A stretch of 64,000 nucleotides of DNA from NCBI GenBank assembly GCA_013239625.1, contig MU056050.1, forward strand, positions 4,845,366 to 4,909,365. Reading direction: 5' to 3'. Position 1 is the stretch's first letter. The number at the start of each line of letters is the position of its first letter. Made by a program: the position numbers and the translations under genes. This document shows, one piece after another, positions 24,441-37,094 of the stretch. The notes under the pieces were generated by a model. That model saw only the letters and a program-made list of their open reading frames with translations, did no database searches and was not told the DNA's origin. Origin of the DNA: Lama guanicoe (Eukaryota).

Positions 24441-26436
24441 GGCAGCCATGGCTTTTTTAAAGATTATACTAAAAACTGCTCCTCTGTCAAAGTACTTTGC
24501 TTCTCTCATGAAGATTCCACTGTCTACTGGTGTTCCATTAAATTAATCCACTTAAATGCAAGTAAAGTATATAAAAATCTGAAACTCCAAACTATGTGTT
24601 CATCTATACAAAACCCAAGTTGTAGGCATAATTAGTTTGTGCTACATTTCACTAACAAAGCACCCTAATTGTTCTAAGCAAAAATGCCTTCAACGATGTA
24701 TATGTGGTTCAAAGTCTACCATTAGTTAAAAGTTACTGTGAAGACAAAGACTTTTCTCATTTACTTGGATTTCATGCCAGTTGTCTGACATTAAGGAGAT
24801 CTGTACCCTTAAGACCCCAAGTAACTATTTCCTTCAGGTCAAAAACTTTGCTGTAAGTGATAGAACAGACCCTAATACACATTATTGAGGAAATTTAAAA
24901 GTATTTAATTAGTCACTATGCTTTCTCAAAGTGATAGAACACTGAACCGTCATGTCAGAGGGCTCCTATTTGGTTCACTAACCCTGGAGAATATGTTAGT
25001 TGAAGAAGACAACACTTCTAATGCACAGGGAAAAAGACTGAATAAAAGGAAATTGCAGAGACAACCGGTAACAGAGACATAATATGGACAGGGAAAGGCA
25101 GCAGCCATGGGGGAATAATTGGTAGTTTTATTCAGGCTAGGTCAATTATGTACAATGCAGGTCTTTATTATCTGTGTACATTTAAGCTTATAATCACTTA
25201 AAGTTTTCTGCTCTTGCAAGCACGATTATACACAAAGGATGTTCAGTTCAGTAGTTCTTTGTTAAAGAGAAGAAATGATCTTTTCTGATTATGTTCCTTA
25301 AAAAACTTCCAACTTAAATGTCACTTCTGGTGATGTGTATTTGGAGCTATTCACTCTTCCATATTAGAAATAACAGCAGATGATTGTCCCTACAGAGCTT
25401 TGTGAGTGAATAAATAAATACAATGATGCTGATATAAAGTTGAGAAGCTGTCTACACTCTCCTGTTCCTTGTATAGATTATTATTAATTATTTGAGAGAA
25501 AATCAGTTGAACCAATGATCCCAATTTGTGACTCAAAAGGCAAACAGTCAAGGCAACGTCATTTACACGTGGCATGAGAAGTAAAGATTTACACACAAGT
25601 GGATTGTCCTACATTTACTAAGGAAACATCTTGTTCTGTCATATATGTCAAAGAAAGTGGGAAGAAAGGTGTCTTTATTCTGCTGTTATTTGAGAACGAT
25701 TTGAGAACTATTGAAGAGCAGAATGTTTTCAAGAAAACAGCTGACAGTATTCTCAAGAATCAACATTTCAAATCTAAAGTGGCTTACAAATCTGCAGAAC
25801 GCTTTTATTTCTCCACTTAAATATCTACCTATATGAGTCTGAAAAAATGAATGATCTAAGTATTCCTCATGCAGCACTTTCACTCTAAAACCCATTTTTG
25901 GCACTTTTGACAAGAAAATAGCATAATGTGTTCACCTAACTAAATCATACATTGCAGCAAAATTCTGGAAAAGAATCATGACAAAGGCGTCCTTACAGAG
26001 AAATCAGAACCTGTTTCAGCTCTGCAGGCTCACTTGGGTATTCTGGGAGAAGTTTAGATGCATAGTAAAATGGTATGATCAGAATATCTGTCAGGCGAGG
26101 ACATATTTGTGCCTTGAAAGTGCATTTACCTTTGCAAGCCTTTGCATGATCTTGATGCAGTTGTTGATAAGAGAAGACCAACCACTCTGAATGACTCCAC
26201 AAGATGACATGCTCCTGGGAAAAGATCTACACACATGACCATGGCATCCGTTTATTGACAGAAAAAACCTTGAATGTTCTCAAAACTAAATAGACTATTT
26301 ATTTCAATCATTTCACACTAACCCATGTGAAGAATTTATAGTTCACTATCTCTTTATATATCATGGTACAAAACCCAATCTGCAACTGAAGATTAATGAT
26401 GATAACAAGGCCAGTACCATTATAACATTTTCTTAA
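24441..26436 (+). pseudogene. Pseudo-exon G (terminal, ~2 kb); TAGT-like core and GREB1 C-terminal-like region
   Basis: Acceptor catcag|24441; phase-2 entry gives RAAMAFLK. Then HEDSTVYW (24507), KNLKLQT (24573), LIVL (24665), CEDKDFS (24737), YNAGLYYLCTF (25151) and VDCPTFTKETSCSVIYV (25599). The 3' boundary (TAA 26434-26436) is tentative. Confidence 0.55.
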
Positions 26437-29179
26437 ATGTTCTTTCAATTTCAGGTTCAAATTTAATTATATGTCAGTAATTATTAAAATGATTAACTTC
26501 AGCTATTAAGATAACTTTCTGAAACAACTAAAATGAACCCCTGCAATTTTGGAGATTTGGTGGGTCTTCAGTTTACTCTTAGGTTCTGCCAAAGACCATG
26601 TTGGCTCCCATCAAGACGTTCGAAATATAAATAATAGGCTCTTGGCTTTTTAGCGTGCACATAATTGATCATTGGCAAGAAGAGATAGAAAGAAAAGGCT
26701 TTTAAATTGGAAGAAGAATGTTTTTGATGGATGGGAGATAGTTCTTAAAATTGGCAGAGGTGTTACGGGTCTTTAAGGAACAGTTGAATGGTAAACAGTG
26801 TACCGGGACAGCAGATGTGTTTCTGGCCCACGGTAATTAAAACAACAACAAACTACAATAACAAAAGATGAGAGATAGGTAATAAGAAAAAACACCCAAC
26901 ACAGCTAACACTAAAAAGAATATGTTCTTTTTTCCTCCTGTAGAAATTGGGGAACTTCTATACTATTTGGTAATGATAGCAAGCAAATTTTGCGTTAGTA
27001 CGGTTATAATTAGGCACTATTATAGCAAAAACGCCCAATGCTATTCTAGATACTATCAGAGAATCAGATAGTCACAGACCATGTTATATATTAGAGCTGC
27101 ATTTGAAGGAAAAACTGAACCAAAAGAGCTTTCGTATACAGTAATCTGTGTGCACTGCTTTCCCTAACTCGATTAATAAAGGGAATGCATTTTGGTAATG
27201 AGCTCCTTTTTGTCTTTCAACATTCAACTTGAGTATCTTACTATGCATAGCACTTAGAACAGTCCTTATATGCAGTAGGAGCTTAGATATTTCTTGATTT
27301 GCTTACTGATTGAGTCATCCATAACTCTTCAGTTTAAAACCTAGGCTTCTCTTCAGCATAACACTATATAATGCTGATTCATTATAACGCCTTTTTTTTC
27401 CTGAAATAATTTTCCTTAATGTTTATGTGTGTGCGTGTGTATTAAATATGAATCTACTCACATGGGCACTGACCTAGGTCTTGCGGATACAGCTATGCAG
27501 TAATCTGACCAAAAAACCTGCTTTCACTGGGAGAAACACACAATAAGTAAATAAGACACTTGGCATGGTTAATAGTGATTAGTTCTTTAAAGAAGAGTAA
27601 AGCGGGGAAGGAGTAGAGAGTGCTCATATTTTAAGTGCAGTAGTCCAGTCAAGCCTCAAGAAGGTCAATGTTGAGAAAATATTTAAAATTTGAGAAAACT
27701 AGATAGGCAGTTATCTAGAGGAAGATCATTACAGGCAGGCGAAACTGAAAGTTGTCAGCAGTGAGATGAGATGAAATCATATTTTAAAACCATGCAAAAT
27801 TGATGTGATCACCTGGGGATTGAGTGAAAGGAAGAGGTCCCAGGACTGAGGGTTAGGTCACACAAAATTTTAAAGTCCTGGGATACCTATTACAGACAAT
27901 TCTCTGTCTCTGCTTCTGCCTCTGTCTGTCTCTCTCCGTCTCCCTCTTGCCTTTTCCTTCTCTGAGTACTGTCATACACATTCAGGAGTGAGACCAATGT
28001 ACCCAACTCTACCGCCTACATTCTCCTGGTCATTAAGTGTTAACAGCATATTGCCCAGTACGCTCTGTCTCACTAACCTGAGCTGTGTGCTCGGCCATGT
28101 GCATTGTTTACTGTGGCTTTATTTGAGGTTCTGGCCAAGAATTTTGATTATAAGGCTTAAAGTAATAGTATCAGGACTGGTCCAAGGGGTAAAGATACCA
28201 AGCTGGTTGTTAAAATCTAAGTTTTATGGTGGCTAAAAATACATTAAGCAAATGATAGAGAAACCGGGGTTAAAATGAGGAGGAACACAAGGACTTGGGA
28301 AGCCCTTTGACAGTACAGAATGAATCATGAATAACTGAAACTTGGGAAGACAGACTGAAGTCATTTCAAGTGTAGTTGGAAGCAACTGTGACCAGAGACA
28401 TTTTATGATTTCAGGAGATTTGAAGAGAATAAAGGAATGATGGTTAGTGTAACATTCTTGGACATTTCTCCATGGGGAATGTGCTGAAAGGCTTTGGCTG
28501 ATTCAGTTAGTGCTTCTATTTTCAGAAGTGCAGAATGCAGCAAGCGCTTGCGTGCACACGTATGTTCATCTTTCTGTTGGTTGGCTTTATAGCAATGCTT
28601 TCAATGAAAATGTTTCTTCGTTTTAAATGACATCTTATTTTCCAGTCCAAGACCATCATGTCCTTTGGGGTGGAATTTACTGGAAATTCTTCTTAAAGAG
28701 AGATAAAGTCTTAAAGTCTAAACCACTGTTTTAGAGATGATGAAACTGAGGTCTAGAGAGGAGCAATAACTTGTATAAGGTCATTTTATCAAATGAGTGA
28801 CAGATACGGCAATTGGGTATCCAGATTTTTGTATGTGGAAAATTAGGTGTAAGTAAATAAAAAACAAGCCTATGAGATACTTTCTCTTTCACCCTTTAAA
28901 TTCACAACATGCTTTTCTTTTCTAGAATATTCAAATGTGTATTTTTGACAAAGAATCATGCAACATGCCTAGAATTTTTATTTAACTTCATCAGAGTAAA
29001 CACCTCATATACACTTGGAGGAAAAGAACAATGTCTTACTCATCTTTCTGTACTTCTGTGACACTTAAACATTTTCGCATGTTGTGAGTAACCACTGAAA
29101 GCTGATTGAGTGAAAAGGATCACTTTGTGAAATATGCAAATGTGAATCACAACATATGAACTTTATGGTTTCCTTTCCG

Positions 29180-29400
29180 TTAAGTAATAACCGTTTATTC
29201 CAATGCCAAGTTCTGTGCTAAGAGATTCACATGCATATTTCAATTAATCTTTATGATAACCCTATGAGAGTGGTATTATTATTCTCCCCATTTTATAGAT
29301 GAGGAAACTGAGGTCCAAGTAAGATTATGCAACTTGCCAAGGTCACATAGCTGGCAAGCATGGAACAGGGACTAGAAACTGGACTTGACTTATTCTGCAC
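29180..29400 (-). mobile_element. MIR SINE
   Basis: attattattctccccattttatagatgaggaaactgagg..aacttgccaaggtcacatagct. Confidence 0.85.
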
Positions 29401-31534
29401 GGTACTACCTCCTATAGGATCAAAGGAGAAAAGTAAAAATAAAAATGGTGATGAGAGTCACACAGAACAGAAAATGCAAGACAGAATGCTACCATTCTGT
29501 CTTGTACCAAATCTATGTGGGATGCAAGCAGAATGGGGTTTTCTATGTAATTTACTGGGACTTATTTTCCAACATTCTTTCAGTGCTTACGGATTTTAGA
29601 AATGAGCACAATTATTTGGGCTGAAGATAAAAAGAAGCATAGAAGTCTAACCCAAACAGTGATTCCACCAGCAATTATAAAAACGAACAGAGTATATCTG
29701 TTGGCCCACTAATGGCAGTGAATGAAATCCTGGGGAATGGTTTCAATGAAACATATGACTGAGAGTATCTGAACATTCAGCAAAGTGTGCTGTGAAAGCC
29801 TGTAGGAAGCCAGTGTCCTGGTTTGTATGCTGTGCTATATAGCAGCGTAGTTTTAGTATTGAATTTCTCTTCATGAGCCCTACTTCTGTACAGCTACTCT
29901 TATTAATGACCACTAATAAGAGCCTAATATGTGTTTAGCATTTAGACTTCAGACAACACATGCAAGAATGTATTAGAATCTCCATTTCACAGCACAGTAA
30001 GTGTCATAAAACTCTTACCAGTCCAAAAAGACATTGAACATGCAGACTATACGTTTGTGACAGTTTCTAAGAATTTCAGACAAAAGTGGGGAAAAGGTAG
30101 TTATAAAATCATTGCCAGTGACATAGGCTGTGTTTATTCTTCACACTTTATTTGTAATCATGTCTTATCTAATCATGCTAGCAAATATTTCTTTAATCAG
30201 TATACTTCTAAAAATTGAGCTTGGGAGTCTAATCAATTAAACTGCTTTGGAAATTGCACTTCCAGTTTTATAGAAATCTATACACTTGCCTTTCCAGAAT
30301 TTTCAGAAATTGTAGAAAACTACTTTTCTAAAATATCCATTTCTTTCATATGTTATTGCTATATTAAAAGTGAGGGATTAACATCACCTTAAAAAATCCT
30401 TCCAGGAGCAGAAGGTGGGTACAAAGACACATCTGTCACTTTGTCTATCAAGGGAGTCCCTGGCACCATATCTTGGGGAAGCGGCTTCCTTGGGGAACAC
30501 TCCACAGGTGAATAATAATGCAAAGCTTTGTAACTGTCAGTGAAAGTAGCATTTGTATGAATAAAAGAAAATTAGATTTCTGTAGTGTGTCATCCACATG
30601 GAATTTAAAATGATCAAACACATACTTCTGACCCAATCACTCAATTCTGTATTATTTTTGTGCCCTCTATACCCCCCAAGAAAATGAACACAGCAGGCAA
30701 CCCTACTTGGTATTAAATCCTGTCTAAAAGCTTGTAAAATCTCAACTGCAAAATATAAGTACTTCTTGTAGTATTCTTACTACCAATCTGAAAATATACT
30801 TGAAAAATACAGTACCATCTAAATCCAATAACACAGAGATGTTAGTGTACTGTTCTGCTCTGTCTAAACAATGTCATTCATAACTCAAGAAAAAAATATC
30901 TGCTAGAATGGTTTAAAGTCTCTCTCTCATTCTCGCTCTCCCTTTTTCTGAGGAGCTCAGTTTTGTAATCACTGATTAGTGTGGTAAGTCAAATATTTTT
31001 CATGGGAATTTAATGTAAAAAGAAGTCCTCATGAATTTTAAGTGGAGTTTTACCAACACACTAAGTATTTTACAGCCAGATTGTAATAGAAAAAAGGCTG
31101 TGTTTTAAAAATTGGAGGCCCTAAATTGTGATTCTGGCTCTGCAAATTGAAGTCCCATTGGCCTGTACAGCTCTTCCTGATTTTCAATTTCCTTATCTGT
31201 AGAATCAAGAAAATGTTTTACTTGCCCATATTCCTAGACTGTTGTGAACATGACATGAAATTCAGGATATAATAATGTATTTTAAACTGTCAAACTAAAT
31301 ACCAGGATAAGGAATTACATTTTGTTGAATTACAGGAAAACAATTATGAAATAGGGAAATTTGTAAATTCTAAACAATTTTGAAGTAATGCAATTAGATT
31401 ATTTTCAAGTGTAGGAAGTAGTTCATACTAGGCTGATGTGATGAATCATTAAGAGTGATGTATAAACATTACGCTGTAAAGGGAAATGTTAAAGGTCATT
31501 GAAACATTTCTTCTTTGGGATAGTCTAAAATTCA

Positions 31535-31708
31535 GCTGTCTTAACACTTGTCATGTGTGGTTATTTATATTAAAACTAATAAAGTTCAGTTCCTCAGTTT
31601 CACTAACTACATTTCTAGTGCTTAATAGCCACATGTGACTGTTGGCTACTATATTTTACAGTACAAACATAGAACATTTCCTTTGTCACAGAAAATTCTA
31701 TTGGACAG
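31535..31708. mobile_element. MER3/MER33-like hAT element
   Basis: ttcagttcctcagtttcacta..gtgcttaatagccacatgtgact..agaacatttcc..cacagaaaattctattggacag. Confidence 0.75.
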
Positions 31709-31807
31709 GGGTACTATACAGAGAGAAGGTAACATCTGAGTTGGACCTTGAAAAATGGGTAAGAGTTTGCCAGTCAAAAAAACATATATACATGTGTGAG
31801 TGTAAGG

Positions 31808-31838
<31 letters not shown>

Positions 31839-33139
31839 TAGAGAAGGGAATTCTATTTGACAGTGGTAGTCTAGTGTTAGTACTCTCAAAAACCTTGTTT
31901 ATACTTCGATTTAACGAAATCTTTATTTGTAGATATAACAGTGTTAAAACCTAACTCAGCTCCAATCCAGTTATCATGCTTTAAATAGAATGATGTACTA
32001 ACTAATAAGCTTTAATGATGACAGATAAAGAGATGGTAAATTTTACACTTTTTACTCCTGCACAATTTGTAAGTTTGAAGCTATATTACAGTCCATCCGA
32101 GTTGTACAGAACACTAGTGATTGCTAGTTCAAAACCCCCGTTTTCTATAAGAGGAAAGTAAGGCTCAAAGAAAAGAACGATTTTGCCAACATAATTTGGA
32201 TTTTAAGCGACTTGTATTGCTTAATATGTTTGATATTATTAACAGGAGTTGAAATCGGAATACTTGAGTTTCATTCCTGATTTGGACATAAATTAGTAAA
32301 AATCCTTGCCATTATGATTCTCCCCATAGAAATCGAAGATATATTTTGTTATTAGCAATACCATAAATATGTTGTATATAGTTTGCAGATGATAAAGCCC
32401 CTAGACTTTTATTAAAGGGATGATTTTTACTACTCTCCAAATAGGCTGAAAATTTTGATAAGATGTAGTGAAGCTGAATAGCAATTTACAAATTTACCCA
32501 TTTCATCTTTATTGGAAAATTCAAAGTGATCAAAATAGAAACACTTGAGAAATCTATCTATATCTTACTTATACAAGTAGATAAGTATTGATTCTTCAAG
32601 ACCCAGATAAAAATACAATCTTTAAAATTATTCACACATTTATGTTTTATTGGAGGTCTGTGATGTATTAGGCACAATGCTAGGCTCTAGCTATGCATAC
32701 CTAGAGTATAGTTTGATTATAGTCTAATGGGCAAATAGATATGTAAAGAGATCAATGAAATGGCTAGTAGGCAACATACATTGATTAGCCAAACACTGTA
32801 TGTAAGGCACTATAATACAATGTGATAACTGTGCTACTGGAGAAATGGACAAGATTCAATAGAAACCTGGAGAAAAGATCACCCAATTAAGTTCACTCTT
32901 GGTGCTCCTATAATGCTATTTATGTCTTTATTATGTCACTTATGTTTTTATAATCTTCACTTTCCAGTGGTTATTTCTTTATGCAGTTATGTCCTTGAAT
33001 AACTCATAAACAATTGAATAGCAAGGTTACTGTTTTGGACCAAAGAATCTAGTATCTTGTAATGCACATAGTAGGTATTTCATAAGTATTACCTGCATGC
33101 TTTTTAATATAGAGTAAGAACAGGTAAAGTTCAGTCCAC

Positions 33140-33310
33140 TTTTTTAAATTTTATTTTTTTTTAATTGAAGTTACTCAGTTACAGTATGTCGATTTCTGGT
33201 GTACAGCATAATGTTTCAGTCATACATATACATATTCTTTTTCATTTTAGGTTACTGCAAGATACTGAATATAGTTCCCTGTGCTATACAGAAGAAATTT
33301 ATTTTTTATC
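33140..33310 (-). mobile_element. Young L1 3' terminal fragment
   Basis: T-tail followed by ttgaagttactcagtttacag..ctggtgtacagcataatgtttcagtcatac..gttccctgtgctatacag. Confidence 0.85.
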
Positions 33311-33589
33311 TTTGATTATAAATGGACTTTTCCTTGGTTTATGTTGAACTCTGAAAACAAAACATTCTGAAAATTTTAGAGTTCAACATTTTTGTTGCTA
33401 TTTTTTTTCATATATGCAAAAAATAACATTTTCAACAGTCCATTGGAATACTTGATTAATGCTACCTTTTGTCTTAAATACCTTACTTCTCTCAGAAAGA
33501 GTGATGACCCTGTAAATAGGTTTTAGCCTTCTTGAAGTAAGACTGTTACCCAACCATATGTTTCTCTTTCTTTCTTGTCAATAGGGATC

Positions 33590-33607
33590 CAGTTGCCATG
33601 GCAACTG
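33590..33607. promoter_or_regulatory. Perfect palindromic RFX X-box motif
   Basis: CAGTTGCCATGGCAACTG is an 18-bp perfect palindrome containing the consensus GTTGCCATGGCAAC. A second degenerate X-box CTTGCCATAGCAAT lies at 33762-33775. Confidence 0.55.
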
Positions 33608-34009
33608 AGTTATGTAGAATGTAACAGAGCAACATTTGTTGACAGTTTCCAGTCAGATTACTCTTATCCAGGCTCTTAAAAGAAAAGAGTGCATATTCTA
33701 TTTTGATAGCTAAAAAAATGCTCTCCTTGGTTTAAGTTAAACATTCCCTATCCACGATGTCCTTGCCATAGCAATCTACTTATATTGGGGGAGAGCACAT
33801 TTAAAAAATAGATTTGCTTATCTCTATAAGGGTGATTTCTCTGCCTAACTGATAAAATATGTGCAAAACATTATTTATGGTGAAGGACCTCAAGAAAGTG
33901 TCTTTTGAATATTTTTCTTATTCAAACAAGTACCTTGTGTAGGAGTAGTGTTAGAAATAAGAAGGAGAGCAGCAGGGGCAGTTGCTCATAATCTGATTCT
34001 TTCCTTACT

Positions 34010-34140
34010 CGTATCCATATCTGTGGGTTTGGAACTGGTGGATGTGGAGGGCTAACAGTGGGACTTGAGTATTTGTAGATTTTGTTATCTCTGGTGCATC
34101 CTGGAACCAGTCCCCCATGGATAACCACAGATTACTATAC
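34010..34140. mobile_element. Tigger3/MER2-like MITE fragment
   Basis: gggacttgagtatttgtagattttgttatct..tcctggaaccagtcccccatggata. Confidence 0.7.
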
Positions 34141-34589
34141 TTAAAAAACAAAAAAAAGATTGCAGTGTAGGAAATGTTAGGGGATTTCCTTCATTTGCTG
34201 TTGCCTATATTTTATTTCTGACTAAAATTAAATGCATTTCCCCATGGATGAAGAGAGAAAATGAGAGAAAATTCTAGGTTCTAAGCTGCCCTGGAAATTT
34301 TCTTTTTACAGCCTGAGAATGGGCCAGAAGATCACCTGAGTTGTGTTTAGTGATACCTGCCTATGTATTTCAAAAACTGACAATCCAGCTAGAACTTATT
34401 TGCCCTCAAAGGCAAAGAAGAATCTAAGCTGAGAGGACAGCCCCTCAATCTAAGCTGCTTTATCACAGAGACAGCTTTGCAATTCGGGCTATGGAAAAGA
34501 TAGACAGGCCCAGGTAAAGAAGATGAAATGCACGGGTAAGTTTGCAAGAGCTCTAGACAGAAATTCAGGCAGAGCTAACTGATTAAAGA

Positions 34590-34700
34590 AAGCATATAAA
34601 ATAGATAAACAAGGTCCTACTGTACAGCACAGGGAACTATATTCAATATCTTGTAATAGCCTATAGTGAAAAATAAAATGGAAAGGGATATATATATATA

Positions 34701-34737
<37 letters not shown>

Positions 34738-34790
34738 TTTAATAACTATGCTGTACACCAAAAATTAGCATAAAAATTGAAAAATTAAAA
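34590..34790 (+). mobile_element. L1 3' end with (TA)/(TG) microsatellite
   Basis: aaacaaggtcctactgtacagcacagggaactatattcaatatcttg..gctgtacacca. Confidence 0.85.
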
Positions 34791-35069
34791 CCTTTACACT
34801 AGTGGTTCCTGATACCAATAAGACTCTTCCTTCACTAGCTGGCTGGGCACCAGAAACACCGAGTGAGACCGCAACAAACATGAAGATTATCAGTCCTTTG
34901 AAACAATGTTGGATACAGTCCCAGACAACTCTCCCTAAATGAGAGTGTATTAATCTCTTCAGTCTCTCCTCTTAAATCCCATCAACTTCATCTGGCCCTA
35001 CCTTTCTGTGGTGATATGTTTGAAAAATTTCAAGAAGAAACTTTAAAGCAAAATTTCTTAAAGTTACAG

Positions 35070-35525
35070 TCAAGGATTCCTTGAACTTGGTTTAGAAAAA
35101 TTACATTTTATTTTCACTAGCCTCTCATTGAAATTTAGCATTCTCTCAGGTCGTGAATGTTGGCAACAATCCGAAGTGGTATTAGTAGAACCTCAACTTG
35201 GTCATCAATATAAATCATAAATATTATATAACGTTACAGTTTTTGTCAATATCACTAAAATCATTAAGTTCATCATTACTTTGAAGGTGTGGTAGTTGTT
35301 AGACCCACCACTAGATAATGCATTAACGATGAAGTGAGTATGTGGCAATAAAACATATTTGGTTTTTCAAATATTTTGGAAAATATCTTCTAATATAGTT
35401 GGTTTTCTTTGTAATTCTTCATGTTTTACTTTATGCATTTTGAAACACTATTCTGCAGAGGGTTCTACAGGCTTCACCAAACTTCCAAAAAGATCAGTGG
35501 CATGACAAAAGGTTAAGGGTCCCTC
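35070..35525 (-). mobile_element. Charlie4a-like hAT DNA transposon
   Basis: gaacttgg..ttttcactagcctct..gaaatttagcatt..ggtagttgttagacccaccactagat..aggcttcaccaaact..aaaaggttaagg. Confidence 0.75.
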
Positions 35526-36154
35526 CTGCAGAGGAGGGGGAAGAAATCAGAAAACTGTTTTCATCACAGATTAAGTATTCATTGCTTAAGGTAGGGGAGT
35601 TACGTTACTCTTAAAATAAGAGTGTTTCTAAAACTTGTCTGAGGAAGAGAAGTACTTAAAGCCCTCCTTAAAAGTACACATTCCTGGGCTTACTACTAGA
35701 CTTACTGAATCAGAGGGAGGGACTTGTAATAAGCACACATCTGTACTTTTACCTTAGGAAAAACTGAATGAGAAGAATCATGAAGGACTGAAGGTGAGAA
35801 TTCAGTGAGAGATCTAACAACTAGGTGACTTGGGTTTGAAACCAGAATAATCAACATTGCTGTGCTAACCAAGGAGTTGCGGACAGACTTAGAGAAGTGG
35901 ATCTCTAAGTGAGGTTGCCTAGAAACTTGTTAGACATGAACACTATTGAGACCTGCCTCAGTCTCCCTCTATCACCACAGGATCACAGGAGCTAAAAAAG
36001 CAAGGCCTACCTAAGTGATATCATCTGGTGGTAGGGCCTGGTAATGTGTATTTTTAAAGGCCCACCAAATCATCCTGATTCAGGCTCATATTTGAGAACT
36101 GGTGGAATTAATGATGACTTTGTGCCATATTAAAGGGTTTGATCTTTCTGGGGA

Positions 36155-37085
36155 GAACAACATGGCAAGATAGCAAAATAGGTGATTCCCAACTTCAGTC
36201 TCCCTCACAGAAGGAGTCACTAGTAACTATTCATAGATCTTTGTGAAGATCCCAAAACATAGGAATAAGGCTGAAATACCGCCTTGGATCACAAACTTTG
36301 AGAAAAACCACATAAGAAGGAAAGGAGGAATGGTTTCACTTTGAACATATCACCTCTCCCCCAGATCAGTGCAGTGCTGCACTGAGGGCTTCACCCTGGG
36401 CCTACATTTTCTCCAGTGGGAAGAGAGTCTAACGTGGACATCCAAATTCCTCAAAGTTCTGGGATGCTTCTGGAGAGACCCACTTAGATATTGCCTCTCA
36501 CAGCTCACTCGGGGAATCACCTAGAGATGGAGACAGGCAGTGGGACCCACAGCAGTGAGAATATGGATCATAGCAGAGTACCTGCTGGTGGTAGCACTTA
36601 TACAGAGATCTCAACTAGCAATTCTGCCCATCTGCAGAGCTGCACTGATGGTCCTGTCTGGCTAGAGATCTCAGTCAGAGGTTCTGCCCAGTTTGAGTTC
36701 CTCCCGGGGTCGGGGGAAGGCACCTCAGTCTTGCCGCCCATTCTAAAACTCTGTCTGGACAAGGAAGCAAGTCACTGGCCCCAAGCCCCAGTCAACCACT
36801 GAGCATAGGAACAGGAAGCCTGCCCAGAGATGCAGTGCAGCTGTGGAGCACATCACATGGCCTACCTGGGCAGGGAAGCAAGCCATCAGCTTGATCCAAT
36901 TGCTGAGAAAGCCTGGATTTTTAGACTGCTTGTTCAGATTTGAAGATACCAGTGCACTTAAAGGACAAAAGTGTTAAAAGGAAGCAAAGCTAAATTAATT
37001 TTTTAATTAGTACACTATATAAAAAGATATAAATAAGGATTTCAAAAACAAAATGTGGGGAGAAAAGTAAAAGGATAGAGTTTAT
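36155..37085 (+). mobile_element. Older L1 5' UTR with a downstream L1 remnant
   Basis: caacatggcaagatagc.. start, GC-richer UTR, then an A-rich L1-like remnant. A short plus-strand L1 terminus (tctcaataaaactggaaaaa) follows at ~37595-37630. Confidence 0.55.
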
Positions 37086-37094
37086 ATATATATA

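Larger units (their letters stand above)
73..26436 (+). pseudogene. Multi-exon (unprocessed) pseudogene, candidate divergent GREB1-family / TAGT glycosyltransferase-like gene; 5' part probably upstream of the window
   Basis: Seven non-repeat blocks are bounded by AG/GT sites with compatible phases (junction phases 0,1,1,1,0,2). Frameshift-tolerant translation gives colinear motifs LHWVV, NYSYVLVP, RAAMAFLK, HEDSTVYW, KNLKLQT, LIVL, CEDKDF, NAGLYYLCTF and VDC..SVIYV. These resemble recalled GREB1/GREB1L motifs LHLLVV, NHIMLVLP, GAARFLIK, MDDSCVLW, KNVSLKT, FILL, CEDADF, SAGLLLCRF and VDC..SVCYV. Many in-frame stops and frameshifts. Confidence 0.6.

Noticed and set aside
25978..26190. QLCRLTW resembles a bornavirus L-protein word, raising the idea of an endogenous viral element
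   Set aside because: An isolated short match with no RdRp motifs; the surrounding exon-intron structure argues for a cellular gene.
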